A stretch of DNA of 63,969 nucleotides, filler included, from Hausera hauseri (Eukaryota), in the NCBI GenBank assembly GCA_046269625.1. It is 11 parts of 11 records of this genome, joined end to end, with 100 filler letters (N's around TTAATTAATTAA, not from the genome) between each part and the next. Parts side by side here need not be neighbours in the genome. Positions count along the whole stretch, not along the records: positions 42,890 to 49,242 come from JBJURY010108764.1; positions 49,343 to 54,078 come from JBJURY010455913.1; positions 54,179 to 59,780 come from JBJURY010223187.1; positions 59,881 to 63,969 come from JBJURY010769207.1; 7 more parts are not named here. One strand, written 5' to 3'. A program made the position numbers and the translations under genes. The notes beneath the pieces were generated by a model. The model made no database searches and was not told where the DNA came from. It was given only the letters and a program-made list of their open reading frames with translations. Shown here piece by piece: positions 48,801 through 60,494 of this stretch (the stretch's first letter is position 1; the number at the start of each line of letters is the position of its first letter).

Positions 48801-49242
48801 ACTGTTTTCAGGCGCTATTGAGTACTTGTATTTTGTTTGAGGTTTAACTAGTCAGTGATATACTTCTAATATCCGTACGTTATCTTCATATTCCTTTCCA
48901 GCCTTTAGGATTTGCGGATTGTTTGTTTCTCGTTGACTTTTCAGGTATTGTCGTTAATCTTGAATATCAAAAATTGCGTCTATGTCACCTCTGGAACTAC
49001 ATTTCGCCTCTAGATCTTCTTGCGTCTTAATTATACTTGACTTCCTCGGTTCGGTAAACGATACGCTTCAAGGATTTGGACATGACCGTGCTATGTGGCC
49101 TTTCTTACCACATGTATAACATATTAAGTTTTGGTTTCTACCAATCCGTTGTCGACCGTCTTCACTTATGGGCGATTTTGAGGGGCTGTCTCTCCTAGAA
49201 TAGCCCTGATTTAAGGATTCTATCCGACTACTTCCGTCATAT
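42890..49242 (-). mobile_element. decayed large LTR retrotransposon: CCHC, UBL, AT-hook, helical domain, chuvirus-like env, aspartic protease
   Basis: CYTCGKKGHIARSC (~49100), UBL-like (~47040-46860), GRPRK (~46635), signal+ITVYDC (~46080), CIQELPVIY..TRVL..GIY, TM (~44450), ALIDTGSEKSF (~43610), VVLGCD. Confidence 0.85.
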
Positions 49243-49342
49243 NNNNNNNNNNNNNNNNNNNNNNNNNNNNNNNNNNNNNNNNNNNNTTAATTAATTAANN
49301 NNNNNNNNNNNNNNNNNNNNNNNNNNNNNNNNNNNNNNNNNN

Positions 49343-51880
49343 GCTTGTGTATGTTCACAAGTACTCTCCAATGCGGGGCAGTTCTTATATTCAGCTTCCG
49401 GAATGGATCGCTAATAAAACTGCATGTGTCAATGTCCATAATAATAACATGTGGTTAATGTATGCCATTCTATCAAAACTCGTGCCTGATCAACATAAAT
49501 CTTCACGAGTTTGGCAATAAGGATGTGCAACACAATTATGACTTCCAATGTATCACATTCCCTCCATCCTTAGATGAAATTAAGAAGTTCAGTCGAAGAA
49601 ACAACATATCAACCAACATCTGTGGACTGGATGAGGAGGACAAATTTTATCACATGCAGATATGATACCAAATTGGAACATCATAAGTATCTACTCCTAC
49701 TAGACGATGGAGAAAAGAAACATTATGTTTGGATCAAGAACTTGGAGCGTCTAGTCAGATTTCAAATTACGAAACATATAGCAAGAATCGAAATATGCAA
49801 ACGATGCTTTTCCCATTTCAGTGGTGATTCAGCAGTAGACAAGCTTGCAGAGCACAAGATGTATTGCAGCAACAATTACTGTGTAAGGCCAGAATTTCCC
49901 AAGGAACACTATACTGAATTCAAGGAGCTCCAGAAGAAGCTCAAGGCACCAATAGTAATCTATTGCGACTTTGAAATTATTCTCCGGCCAGTTCACAGCT
50001 GCACTCCCAGTCCTCAACATAGCAGCACAACGGCATAACAATATCATGAACTCTCATCGTATTGCATGTATGCCAAAGGACTGGACAGTGAACCATTTTT
50101 ATTCAGAAGTCCAGATGCAGCAGCATATTTCATGAAACGACTTAAAGACGTGGCTTATAAGCTTGAAAACATGCTTTAGCAACATAAGGATAATGAGCAT
50201 GTCGAAGCAACAAGAAAAATGGCGCAAGGCAACATGTTACTTGTGCGACAAGTCCTTCACCAAGGATAATCATAAAGTCAGGGATCATTGCAATTTTACA
50301 GGCAAATATCGAGTTGCAGCATGCAACAAATGAAATCTGCGTTGCAAAACATTCACACATGTGCCTGTAGTGTTCAACAATCTCAGTGGCAACGATTCCC
50401 ACTTCATTGTTCGGGAACTGGGCAACATTGATGGGAACATTGATGTCATTTCCAATAGTGAGGAAAAATACATCACCTTCAAGAAGCATGTGAGCCGCAT
50501 TACACTTCGATTCATAGACAGCTCGTCACTGGATAGTTTAGTCAAGACCCTCCCTGCAGAAGAACTCAAGGAGACGAAGCGGTTCTTCCCCACTACATTT
50601 GACCTCGTCAAGAGGAAAGGCGTGTTTCCTTACGACTACATAACCTGATGGGAAACACTGGATGATACCTCATTTCCGGACAAGAAGGTCTTTTACAATA
50701 ACCTCTTTGATTGCAATATCAGTAATGCTGACTATCAGCATGCCTAGAACGTCTGGTAGGCATTCCAATGCCGAACATTAAGGGAACACAGCGACATATA
50801 CCTCAAGACGGACCTACTGCTTCTGACATGTCTGAGAGTTTCAGGGACGTTACAATGAAGAGCCATGTTTTGGATTCGGTTCATGTCTTTACGAGTCCAG
50901 GGATGATTTGGTCAGCTATGCTGCGATATACTGGTATTAGGCTGCAGATCATTAAGGATTACGACATGATCCTTATGATCGAGAGGCATTAGAGGCGGAA
51001 TATGCCAGGCCATTAATCGGTATAGCGAGGCCAACAAGTATATGGCCCAGTATGACTCAGCCAAGGAATTCTCACATATATCATACCTGGATGCCAACAA
51101 CTTGTATGGATATGCAATGAGTGTCCCATTGCCACATGATAACTTCAAATTGGTCGAGAAGCATGAAAACATCCCTGTATTTGATCTGGGTCCCGCTGGA
51201 GATACGTGCTATATACTGGAGGTGGATATGGAATATCCTGCTTCCATCCACGCAAGGCATCAACAGCCTCATGGAAAGCATAGAAAGCTGCTCTGCCATC
51301 TTGGTAATAGGGAAAAGTATGTAGTTCACTACATAAATCTCCAGCAGGCAGTTAGACATGGACTCCGCATCAAAGATCCATAGAGATCGTCAGTTCAGCC
51401 AATCCATGTGGCTGCAGCCCTACACAGATCTCAATACGAAGCTGTGGACAAATGTCAAGAACGACTTTGAGAAGGACGAGTTCAAGCTTTGCAAGAACTC
51501 GGTCTTTGGCAAGACCATGGAGAATATCCGGAACAGGATCAACATCGAGCTAGTATGTGACTGGAAGCGAACAAAGTTTATTGCCAAACCTAACTTCCAC
51601 AGAAGAACAATATATATGGAGAACTTGGTCAGCATCCATATGTTGAAAACATCCTTGGTATTCAACAAGCCCATATGTGGGTATGGCAATATTGGATCTA
51701 TCAAAAACTTTAATGTATCAATTCCATTATGACATCGTGGTCCCCAAGTTCAAGTCGATGCAGCTGATGTATATGGATACTGATAGTTTTATCTATCAGA
51801 TCCATATTGAAGACATTTATGAGGACTTTGCCCAATTGACTCAACACATGGATACCTAGGACTATCCGAAGAATCACCCA
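49343..51880 (+). mobile_element. polB: Polinton pPolB (subfamily B) pseudogene, truncated after YMDTDS
   Basis: HYVWIKNLERL, IYCDFE, DHCNFTGKYR, KRKGVFPYDY, YLDANNLYGYAM, KNSVFGKTMEN, LMYMDTDSFIY. Confidence 0.93.
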
Positions 51881-51888
51881 ACGTTGAC

Positions 51889-54078
51889 ATGGCTACATAT
51901 TTCATTATTTCCAAATTCACTTCAAAGCATAATGAGTTTTGTTATTTGTGCTCCTCAAATAATAGGTTTGTTTAGATTTGCAACTTTTACAAATTTTGCA
52001 TGGCGTAGAAACACGAGGAGCAGAATTGTCACAGTGTAATGCAGCATTATTTTGTATACCAGCACAATAGGACCCAATATTATTTGTGTTCTGCATGTGA
52101 GGTAGTGTGCCGGACCGGTTACGAGGAATTTTACAACCAACATAAACAGCATTTGGATTCGTTCACAAAATCGAAGAAAGAAGTATTTAACAGTAATATG
52201 CCAATGACAACAAGTGTCCCAAAAGCAAATCAGATGTGCGGTTCATATGATTATTGTATATCCAGAGCACATAACCCGCAAGAGTGCCATGAAACGATGC
52301 AGCGGTATTATGGATACAAATCCAAAAGTATCCAATAATATATATGTCCGGGATGTGAGACTGTATGCGGTGCATATTACATACAGTTCTATTATGAGCA
52401 CAAACATCATTTGAGTCACTTCGCATCAAAATCAAAGAAGGCCATCTATAATAAGCAACATAGTATTGATGCATCTGCTTCGCAGTATGATTCTTCGCAT
52501 TATTAGAGTATTCAAACGCGCAGCCGCATCATGTACAGCACCATCATGCGCAGCAGCATCATACGCCCATCAGGTGCAGCGGCTCCAACAAAAAGTCAAA
52601 AACAGCGGCCAGTTAATGCTTCAGCATTACAGAGAAAATGCCGCAGATATTTTATTAATGCAACTGGTCAAACAACGCTCCATAAGTTCCTGGAAAATAC
52701 AAAGGAAGGAACAGAGGAGATTCTTTAGGACAACATGGCTGAGCTTAAAGCCGTTAAGGTAAATATGAAACTGGAGGCCACATACATCAATATTGATTGT
52801 GAAAAATCCAATAGGGCATTCAAGACCAAAAATAGGTCCATTTTTGAAGCCACCAATATGGTAGAATGGCTGCATGAAGAGCATGCGAAGCTGATCCGTG
52901 AAACCGGGGAGAACCAGGATAAGAAGAGCGGATGGACTCTGGCAACCATCAAGAGATTGCTTGTGTATGTGCACAAGTACTCTCCAATGCAGGGCAGTTC
53001 CTATATTCCGCTTCGGGAATAGGTCGCTAATAAAAAACCATGTGTCAATGTCCATAATAATGACAACATGTATTTCATGTATCCTATTTTATGTAAACTC
53101 GTACTGGAGCAAAAACATGCAGCAGATCGAGTTTGGCTATATAATGATCTGAAGCACAAATATGACTTCCAATGTATTAAGTTCCCTCCACCCTTATATG
53201 AAATTAAGAAGTTCAACCGAATCAACAACATATCCATCAACATCATTTGATTGGATGAGGCGGACAAATTCTATCCCCTGCAGATATATGATACGGAATT
53301 GGAAGATCATAGGGATTTGCTCCTACTAGACAATGGGGAAAAGAAATATTATGTTTGGATCAAGAACCTTGAGCATCTAGTCAGATCCCAAATTACGAAA
53401 CATAAGGAAAGAATAGAAATATATAAACTATGCTTTTCCTATTTTAGTGGTAATTCAGCTGTGGACAAGCTTGCAGAGTACAAAATGTACTGAAGCAACA
53501 ATTACTGTGAAAGGCAAGAATTTCCAATGGAGGACTATATTGAATTCAAGGAGTTCGAGAAGATCAAGGTTCCAATAGTTATCTATGCGACTTTGAAGCT
53601 ATTCTCCGGTCAGTTCACAGCTGCATTCCCAGTCCCCAACATACCAGCACAACGGCATACCAATATCATGAACTCTCATCGTATTGCATGCATGCCAAAG
53701 GACTGGACAGTGAACCACTTCTATTCAGAGGTCCAGGTGAAACAACACATTTCATGAAAAGACTTGAAGATATGGCTCATAAGCTTGAAAACATGCTTAA
53801 GCAGCATAAGGATAATATGAGCATGTCGTGGAAACAAGCAGAAGAATGGGGCAAGGCAACAACATGTTACTTGTGCAACAAGTCCTTCACCAAGAAAAAT
53901 CATAAAGTCAAGGATCATTGCCATTTTACAGGTGCATATCGAGGAGCAGCATGCAACAGATGCAGTCTTCGCTGCAAAACATATACATATGTGCTTGTAG
54001 TATTTCACAACCTCCGTGGCTATGATTCCCACTCCATTGTTAGGGAACTGGGAAGCATTGAAAAAAACATTCATGTGA
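51889..54078 (+). mobile_element. polB: 5' part of a further pPolB (subfamily B) copy with N-terminal Zn-repeat region
   Basis: YLCSAC..FYNQHKQHL, YICPGC..FYYEHKHHL, KSGWTL, GSSYIPL, CYLC..DHCHFTGAYRGAACNRC, FHNLRGYD. Confidence 0.9.
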
Positions 54079-54179
54079 NNNNNNNNNNNNNNNNNNNNNN
54101 NNNNNNNNNNNNNNNNNNNNNNTTAATTAATTAANNNNNNNNNNNNNNNNNNNNNNNNNNNNNNNNNNNNNNNNNNNNC

Positions 54180-54500
54180 GAAGATTCTTAAAAAATGGGG
54201 ATATGGGGATATAACCGAGAACTGAAAATCTAAATTTAAATTAGCAACATTTTTAAATGTTAAAAATTTAATTTAAAAGTGTAATATTAAAAGTATAATT
54301 TAAATTTAGAATTTTTGTTTCCAAATAAATATTTTGGATTACAATAAAAATTTCTACAACTGGCGTTTACTTTTCAATGAGTAATTTCGAACGATCCAAT
54401 TCTGATTCAGCAGACATACCAGAGGGCGGGTATTTTCCAACCCTACCCAAGCTGGACGATGACGTGGACGGCGTGGATGCGCATGCTGCCAACAATTACA
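54180..54500 (+). repeat. dispersed ~320 bp repeat, copy 1
   Basis: Co-linear with 60110-60445 (AAATTTAAATTAG.AACATTTTTAAATG..AAGTGTAATATTAAAAGTATAATTT..GTGGATGCGCA). Confidence 0.75.
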
Positions 54501-54859
54501 ACTATGACGAAGTTCCACGTTAACCAACGTATATTTACTTTGAACATTTTGTAATATGTTTGACCCCGGAGTAATGAAAATCATGTTGCCGACAATTTCT
54601 TTAAAATCAGTATAAAATGAACCGTGTTTTTGTGATGAAGTTTGAAAAGCATATTATTTATATTGGCAGGTTTTTGGCAACAATATTGGGACGAAGGGTG
54701 AACATGAAATGTATTTTTGTAAATGAGGTAAATGACAAATCACAAATGCTCTTGGCGAAATGGGATTATTGTCCTGCATTTTGTTAACGATGTATGACAA
54801 ATCATACGGTTTGTATTTGGTGACAATTATTGAGAATTTGGAAAAATGTATTATATGAA

Positions 54860-55075
54860 ATTGTTCGCATCAGCAGCCATTTAATCATTTATAATTGCCC
54901 ATAAAATGCGGAAACATGAATCGGAAGAAAATTTTCATGGGGAATCATCGGTTCCTGACAGCTATCAGCATACGTAATAATTCGGCTTATAAAGCATGTG
55001 CAATATAATTGTTCCACTTTTGAAATATTTCCTAATTTGACAGCATGTGAGAACTGATAAAAGTCATTATTGTAC
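54860..55075 (-). pseudogene. ankyrin-repeat fragment
   Basis: FSHAVKLGNISKVEQL..LPIHVSAFYGQL*MIKWLL. Confidence 0.5.
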
Positions 55076-55956
55076 ATTGAGCAAATAATAAAAGAAAATG
55101 CAACTAATTGTTCATAAAAGAATAGCAAATTGAATATTCGATTGAGCGAGAAATTACCATTTGATTAAGTGCACAACGATAAATATGAAATATATGTACA
55201 AGTAATTTTCAACGTTCAAATATTTATTGAACTCTTCAAAAACTAAGAATTTAGAGAAAATTACAACAGGATACAAACGATCAAGTTATCAAACGCAAAA
55301 TGAAACATTATTACTGAAGGAATCATTTGAGTTGTTAATGAGACTGATGTAGGTATATGAAAGAAGAAAACTATCATTAGTTGACTATCTGATTGTCGTA
55401 ACGATGTGTACTGCTATTAAATCTCCCTGGAAATTTTTTTTGAACTTAATTCTAGGCAGTCACTGAATAGGACATTTTATTCCAAAGAATAATAATGTTT
55501 TCCATCAACGTTCCAAATTAACTAAAGATATATCTTTTTCCTTGCGCATAATATATAAATATTAGTATCGAGATTCGCAAATCTAACGTTTTAAAGGAAT
55601 ATCATTCTACTATGGGACACAATATATAGAATCTCAATAATGCAAAGAACATAATGCATTCTATTAAAGAAATAACGAACAACATACATCAGAATACAAA
55701 TGGTTAGGACTATCATTTTCAAAATGGTTACGAACAAATTTCATACCTTATTTTGGTCAGTTAAATGAAACGGAATTTTCCACGGTATTAAATCGAATGA
55801 AATCGTTTAAAAACGAAATTGAATATTTTTTGAAAACCCTGTAGAATCAGAATTAGTTGTAATGTAAAATTAACCATTGATTGTTTTCCTTTTTGATTAA
55901 TTTTTACATTTTATTTTACGAAAAATATCTCATTATTTTTTAATCACTTTATAGTA

Positions 55957-56125
55957 AGTAGGTAGGTGTGTCATCTCCGCCGCACTTCCCCGATTGGTCA
56001 GCAAATCACTTTTCCCCACCTATCTCGCTATTAAGATCATTTTATGTAAAAAGTTGGTCAGAACTCCTTAGTAAAAGTCCGTGTCGTATGACGGACCTTG
56101 GACCAAATAAAATCGGTAGCGCGTG
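55957..56125 (+). mobile_element. probable Polinton-type terminus (AGTAGGTAG), interrupted by the LTR motif at 56126
   Basis: Homologous to 19736 onward. Confidence 0.45.
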
Positions 56126-57810
56126 TGTGGTGCCCACAGCGGCCAGCGCCCTCTGGCCCATTTGGTTTGGCACGGCAGGGTTTTCGCCGCCGCCGCGTCG
56201 GGCCCATGGTCAGACCCGATCTTCCGCCTCTGAAACTTGCTTTACGAGGCTTAAATTTGCATCAACAATCTGTACTATGAGGCGAACAAATACGACTAAT
56301 GATTATTCTGAAGAAATTTCTTGTGTCGAGTTCATCAACACGTCTTCATCTAGAAGTAGCTTAAATTTCAATTGTACTTATGTTGGTCAAATTGATAAGT
56401 ATAAATTATCTTTTTAACCGTTATGAAGAAACAAACCCAAACGTTGACTTCGGGAATAAGCTTCAGGAATGATGTTACGGCGTTCATAGAGTGCTGAAAA
56501 ATTATTGAGGCTTCCTGAATGAACAGCTATTAGTTTATGCGACGAATATGATTTTACAATATTCTTATCCGCTCTATATTATTCCTATTTTAATGAGTAA
56601 AATCTTGGCCGGTGGAAAATTCTATATTGAATTACAAAAGACGTTACAACAATTCCGAAGATATTTTTGACTTTTCCGTAGCTTCACCAGAAAAATCGTC
56701 AATTTAAACCGTGACAAAAATGGCCCCCATTAAGTTGTTTGCAAAACTACGAATCGATTCAACCGAGTACAAAGCCGTTGCTGAGGAATCATGTGGGTGT
56801 CGTAACATGTCGGATGCCGTAGTTCCTGAACAGGAGTGGAAATTCATACAAAGAGGATGTATCAAACCAAAAAGCGGATTTACGACACCATTCATGGTAT
56901 ATACAGTTGTTGAAGATCGAAATAGTTCGAATGCAAATGGTCAATATTTCGAACTAAGCATCGAATTTTTCCCGGCATTCACAATGTTTCAACATTCACC
57001 AGAAATCGTTTTTGAGTGTAACCGATTTCTTTGACGTATTAATATTTTGTATAATAACGTTTTAATACTTGTTATTGTCATTTATGGTAATTTTCCTTTT
57101 TTGTTTGTGATCATATCTCGTTCGACAACGAATCATCCATAATCTATTGTTCTTTTTACGACAAGCAATTTAAAACGGTTTTTACAATTAACGTTTTAAT
57201 TTGGTTGACTTTTGTTTTCCTTCTATCGAACATAGCGTTAATAACGTTTCATATTCAGATTATTGTAAAGTTAAGGCTAATGAATTTCAATTTACCGAAT
57301 ACGAATAATGTTCGAAAAAACATTTGTATTCGTTTTACAAAGGCTTGTGTTGTAAATAGTATATTTTATTGTTTTATTTTTAGTACTGAAAGTATCAATT
57401 TCATTTTGTACTGGTATGCACATATTTTACTGTTGGATATATTTTTGACATATAATACGTTTTTTATAACTGATCAGTGTTGTGAATCCATTTTTTATCT
57501 GATATTGATTCCAGCATTTTGGAATTTCGTAAAGCAGTGCTACAAGAAATGAATTTAATTTATAAATTTAAAAAAAATTATTTTAATAAAAACATTTTGC
57601 TCGCATATAAATTGTATTCAGTGACAATAGACATTTTGGCCGAGATTTTAACGAAAAAGAAATGAATTTATCATTCAGTCACAATTCAAGGTCTAGTTTT
57701 TTATTCAAATTTAATTCTGAATCTGTCGTTGATCGAACTGATATCCGCACGTTCTGCTGCTGTTTGTGATAAATACAGATTAATAGGCACCGGCTGCCGT
57801 TGGCACCACA
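56126..57810. mobile_element. LTR-derived block bounded by inverted TGTGGTGCC motifs, unidentified cargo inside
   Basis: Plus TGTGGTGCCCACAGCGGCCAGCGCC at 56126; minus TGTGGTGCCAACGGCAGCCGGTGCC at 57810, directly after a PPT. Confidence 0.65.
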
Positions 57811-59780
57811 TCACCTCCCGTGGCAAAGTGAAAACTATAAAGATCAAAATAGACGGAAAGAAAAACTCGTTAAACAAAAAGTGTCTGTGTCAGTTGGTCT
57901 AAGTGTAAACAGGACGTTGAGTGCCTTCTACTGATTTTTCCCTGCTATACTTGCTAAATGTGACTAGGAGTGTTTTGTCTTTATGCGGTGTGTTTGCTTG
58001 CAGGATTTGAAATCGGGGAAAATGTTGTCAGATTTTCCTGTGAGTGTTGTGCCCTGCAAAGACGAGTCAGAACGAAGGGAAAAAGAAGGTGAAGGAAAGA
58101 GAGGGATTGTTAGAGACGGATGGTTAAAGGTATTCAATAGAGTCTTAGAAGACGAAGGAGTGACAAAAGGTGAGGTGGCGGATGAAGGAGGGGGAACGCA
58201 AACTGAAGTAGAAATTGGAATTGTGTTAGGCGGAAGAGTAGAATTAGAAAATGAGTCAGAGGGAGTGGTAGAGAAAGGAAAAGCAGTAGAAGTAGAAGTA
58301 GAAGGTGTGGGAAATGATGAGCTAAAACTAGAAGCAGAGGGAGAAGGTGAAACTAGTTTAGCAACAGATAAAGGAACAGCACGAAATGTAGGAGTGAGAA
58401 AAGAGATTGGCATGTCGATTGGTGAAGTGTCGTCGACAAAGAAGGCAGGCTTTAAGTTGGAAATATGCACTGTAAGTTCTTTGCCGTCTTTAGAGATAAT
58501 AGCACTATGTGAATGCAGCCGTATTAGTTTATAGGGCCGAAGATACCGCTGCTGAAAACCGCACGGCGTTTGATTTTTTAGCTACACGAATTTTGCCACA
58601 TACAAGTCTTCGGGTAAATATGTTTTGTCTTTGTGAAATATCCTACAGAACAAATCTTTGCTTTCCCTAACGAAGTGATTTTGCGCCGCCCGTATCGTTT
58701 CATCTGTAGGAGTGTCGTCCAGGGCAGTTAGTTCAAACAATGATCGTACAGGAGCTCCGAATAAGGCTTCGGTAGGTGAGCATCCTGTAAAAGTGGACGG
58801 AGTGTTCCGCCAGCCGAGCAGAACGAACAAAAGAAGATTCGTCCAACTAGTGATGGACTCTGCCAGCATTCTTAGTGACGTTTTCAATGTACGGTGGAAA
58901 CGTTCTGGAAGGCCATTCGATTTGGGGTGATAAGGCGTAGTATGTATGTGATAAATTTTCAATCGGTTAACAAGGGATTTGAACAGGTTGGATTAGAACT
59001 GTATACCCTGGTCCATGATGATAAAGCGAGGTAATAAAAACCTGCTAATCCATGTGCGAATGAAAACGTCAGCAATAATGTTGGTATTTGTGCTCCGCAG
59101 AGGGATGGATTCTGGCCATCGCGAGGAACGGTCCATCATGGTGCGGATTAATTGATGACCGTTGTCCGGAAGAAGAGGGCCAACGATGTCGATATGCACG
59201 GATTCGAAACGTGTTGGGCAGGGAAAGTGGAAGAGTGGTGGCTTTAAATGCTTAGCTATTTGGTATTTTTGGCAAGCCACACACTCCTTAACCCATGCCT
59301 GCACATCAGAACACATTGACGGCCAAATTACTTGTCGATGGAGTAAACGAAAAGTGGCTTTAGCATCAGGATGGTGTAATGAATACACGCTGTGAAATGC
59401 TTGCCTTTGCAATGATGGTGCTGGGATTATTACGGGATGACCTGGTTTGGAAGTGTCTAAAGCCACGCCGTCAACAACTGTGCAAGATTTGACAAAATTA
59501 AGCATGTCCTGAGGTAGCTGGTTTTGTTGAAGTTGATCTTGCGCAAAAATCGGTGAAAAACCAATCGAACTAACCGACCCAGATAAAAAATCAGCAACCA
59601 AATTGTTAACCCCGTTAATGTGTTTAATTTCGAAGTTAAATGTGAATAAGCATGATATTTGTCGTTCTTGGAGTGTGGAAGGATGTTTCATAGCCACGAT
59701 GTTAAGTAAGGGCTTGTGATCGGTTTGCATAGTGAAATGACGAGCGACAAGTAGGTGGTAGAAATGCTTTAGAGCGAGAA
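57811..59780 (-). mobile_element. Ty3/gypsy RNase H tail, integrase, Ser/Pro-rich tail and PPT
   Basis: TDHKPL, N.VADFLS, HH..CVAC, HIDIVGPL, SRWPE, DQGIQF, YHPKSNGLPERFHRTLK; PPT 57811-57819. Confidence 0.92.
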
Positions 59781-60109
59781 NNNNNNNNNNNNNNNNNNNN
59801 NNNNNNNNNNNNNNNNNNNNNNNNTTAATTAATTAANNNNNNNNNNNNNNNNNNNNNNNNNNNNNNNNNNNNNNNNNNNNCGCGAACAGTTTTACCCGAT
59901 GTTTTGTACGTGTCAGAACCCAGTTCGATAGAAGCCAGTAGTTGTTTACATTCTCCACCACCAAGTACGAATTTGGTGAAGTCCGCTAAAACGTTGATTC
60001 TATGAAATGCTCCATAAAGTTGTGGTTTGTATTTTGCAACAATGTTTTAATGGAACTCGCGTTTTGAAAAACTCGGATTCCGAGCCAATAATTCATCAAA
60101 GGCAAAATA

Positions 60110-60445
60110 TGCAACATTGTTGTGAGGATATAATCGAGAACGGAAATTCTAAATTTAAATTAGAAACATTTTTAAATGGTAAAAATATATAATTTAAAAG
60201 TGTAATATTAAAAGTATAATTTATATTTAGAATTTGGGAAAATTTGGGAAAATTTGTTTCCAAATAAGCATTTTGGATTATAAAAAATTTTCAACAACAG
60301 GTGTTAACTTTTCAATGAGTAACTACAAACGACCCAATTCCGCTTTTTCGGACATATCAGGGGTCGGGGATTTTCCAATTCTGCCCAAGCTGGGCGACGA
60401 TGTGGACGACGTGGATGCGCACACAGCCAATAATTGTCAAGTAGT
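60110..60445 (+). repeat. dispersed ~320 bp repeat, copy 2
   Basis: Co-linear with 54180-54500. Confidence 0.75.
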
Positions 60446-60494
60446 ATAATCGAAATATGACCATCTGCGTTTATTTCATATGTCTTTCCAGATA

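Noticed and set aside
57964-58534. Ser/Pro-rich and Glu/Gly-rich overlapping ORFs as host genes
   Set aside because: Low-complexity tail of the gypsy element between integrase and PPT.
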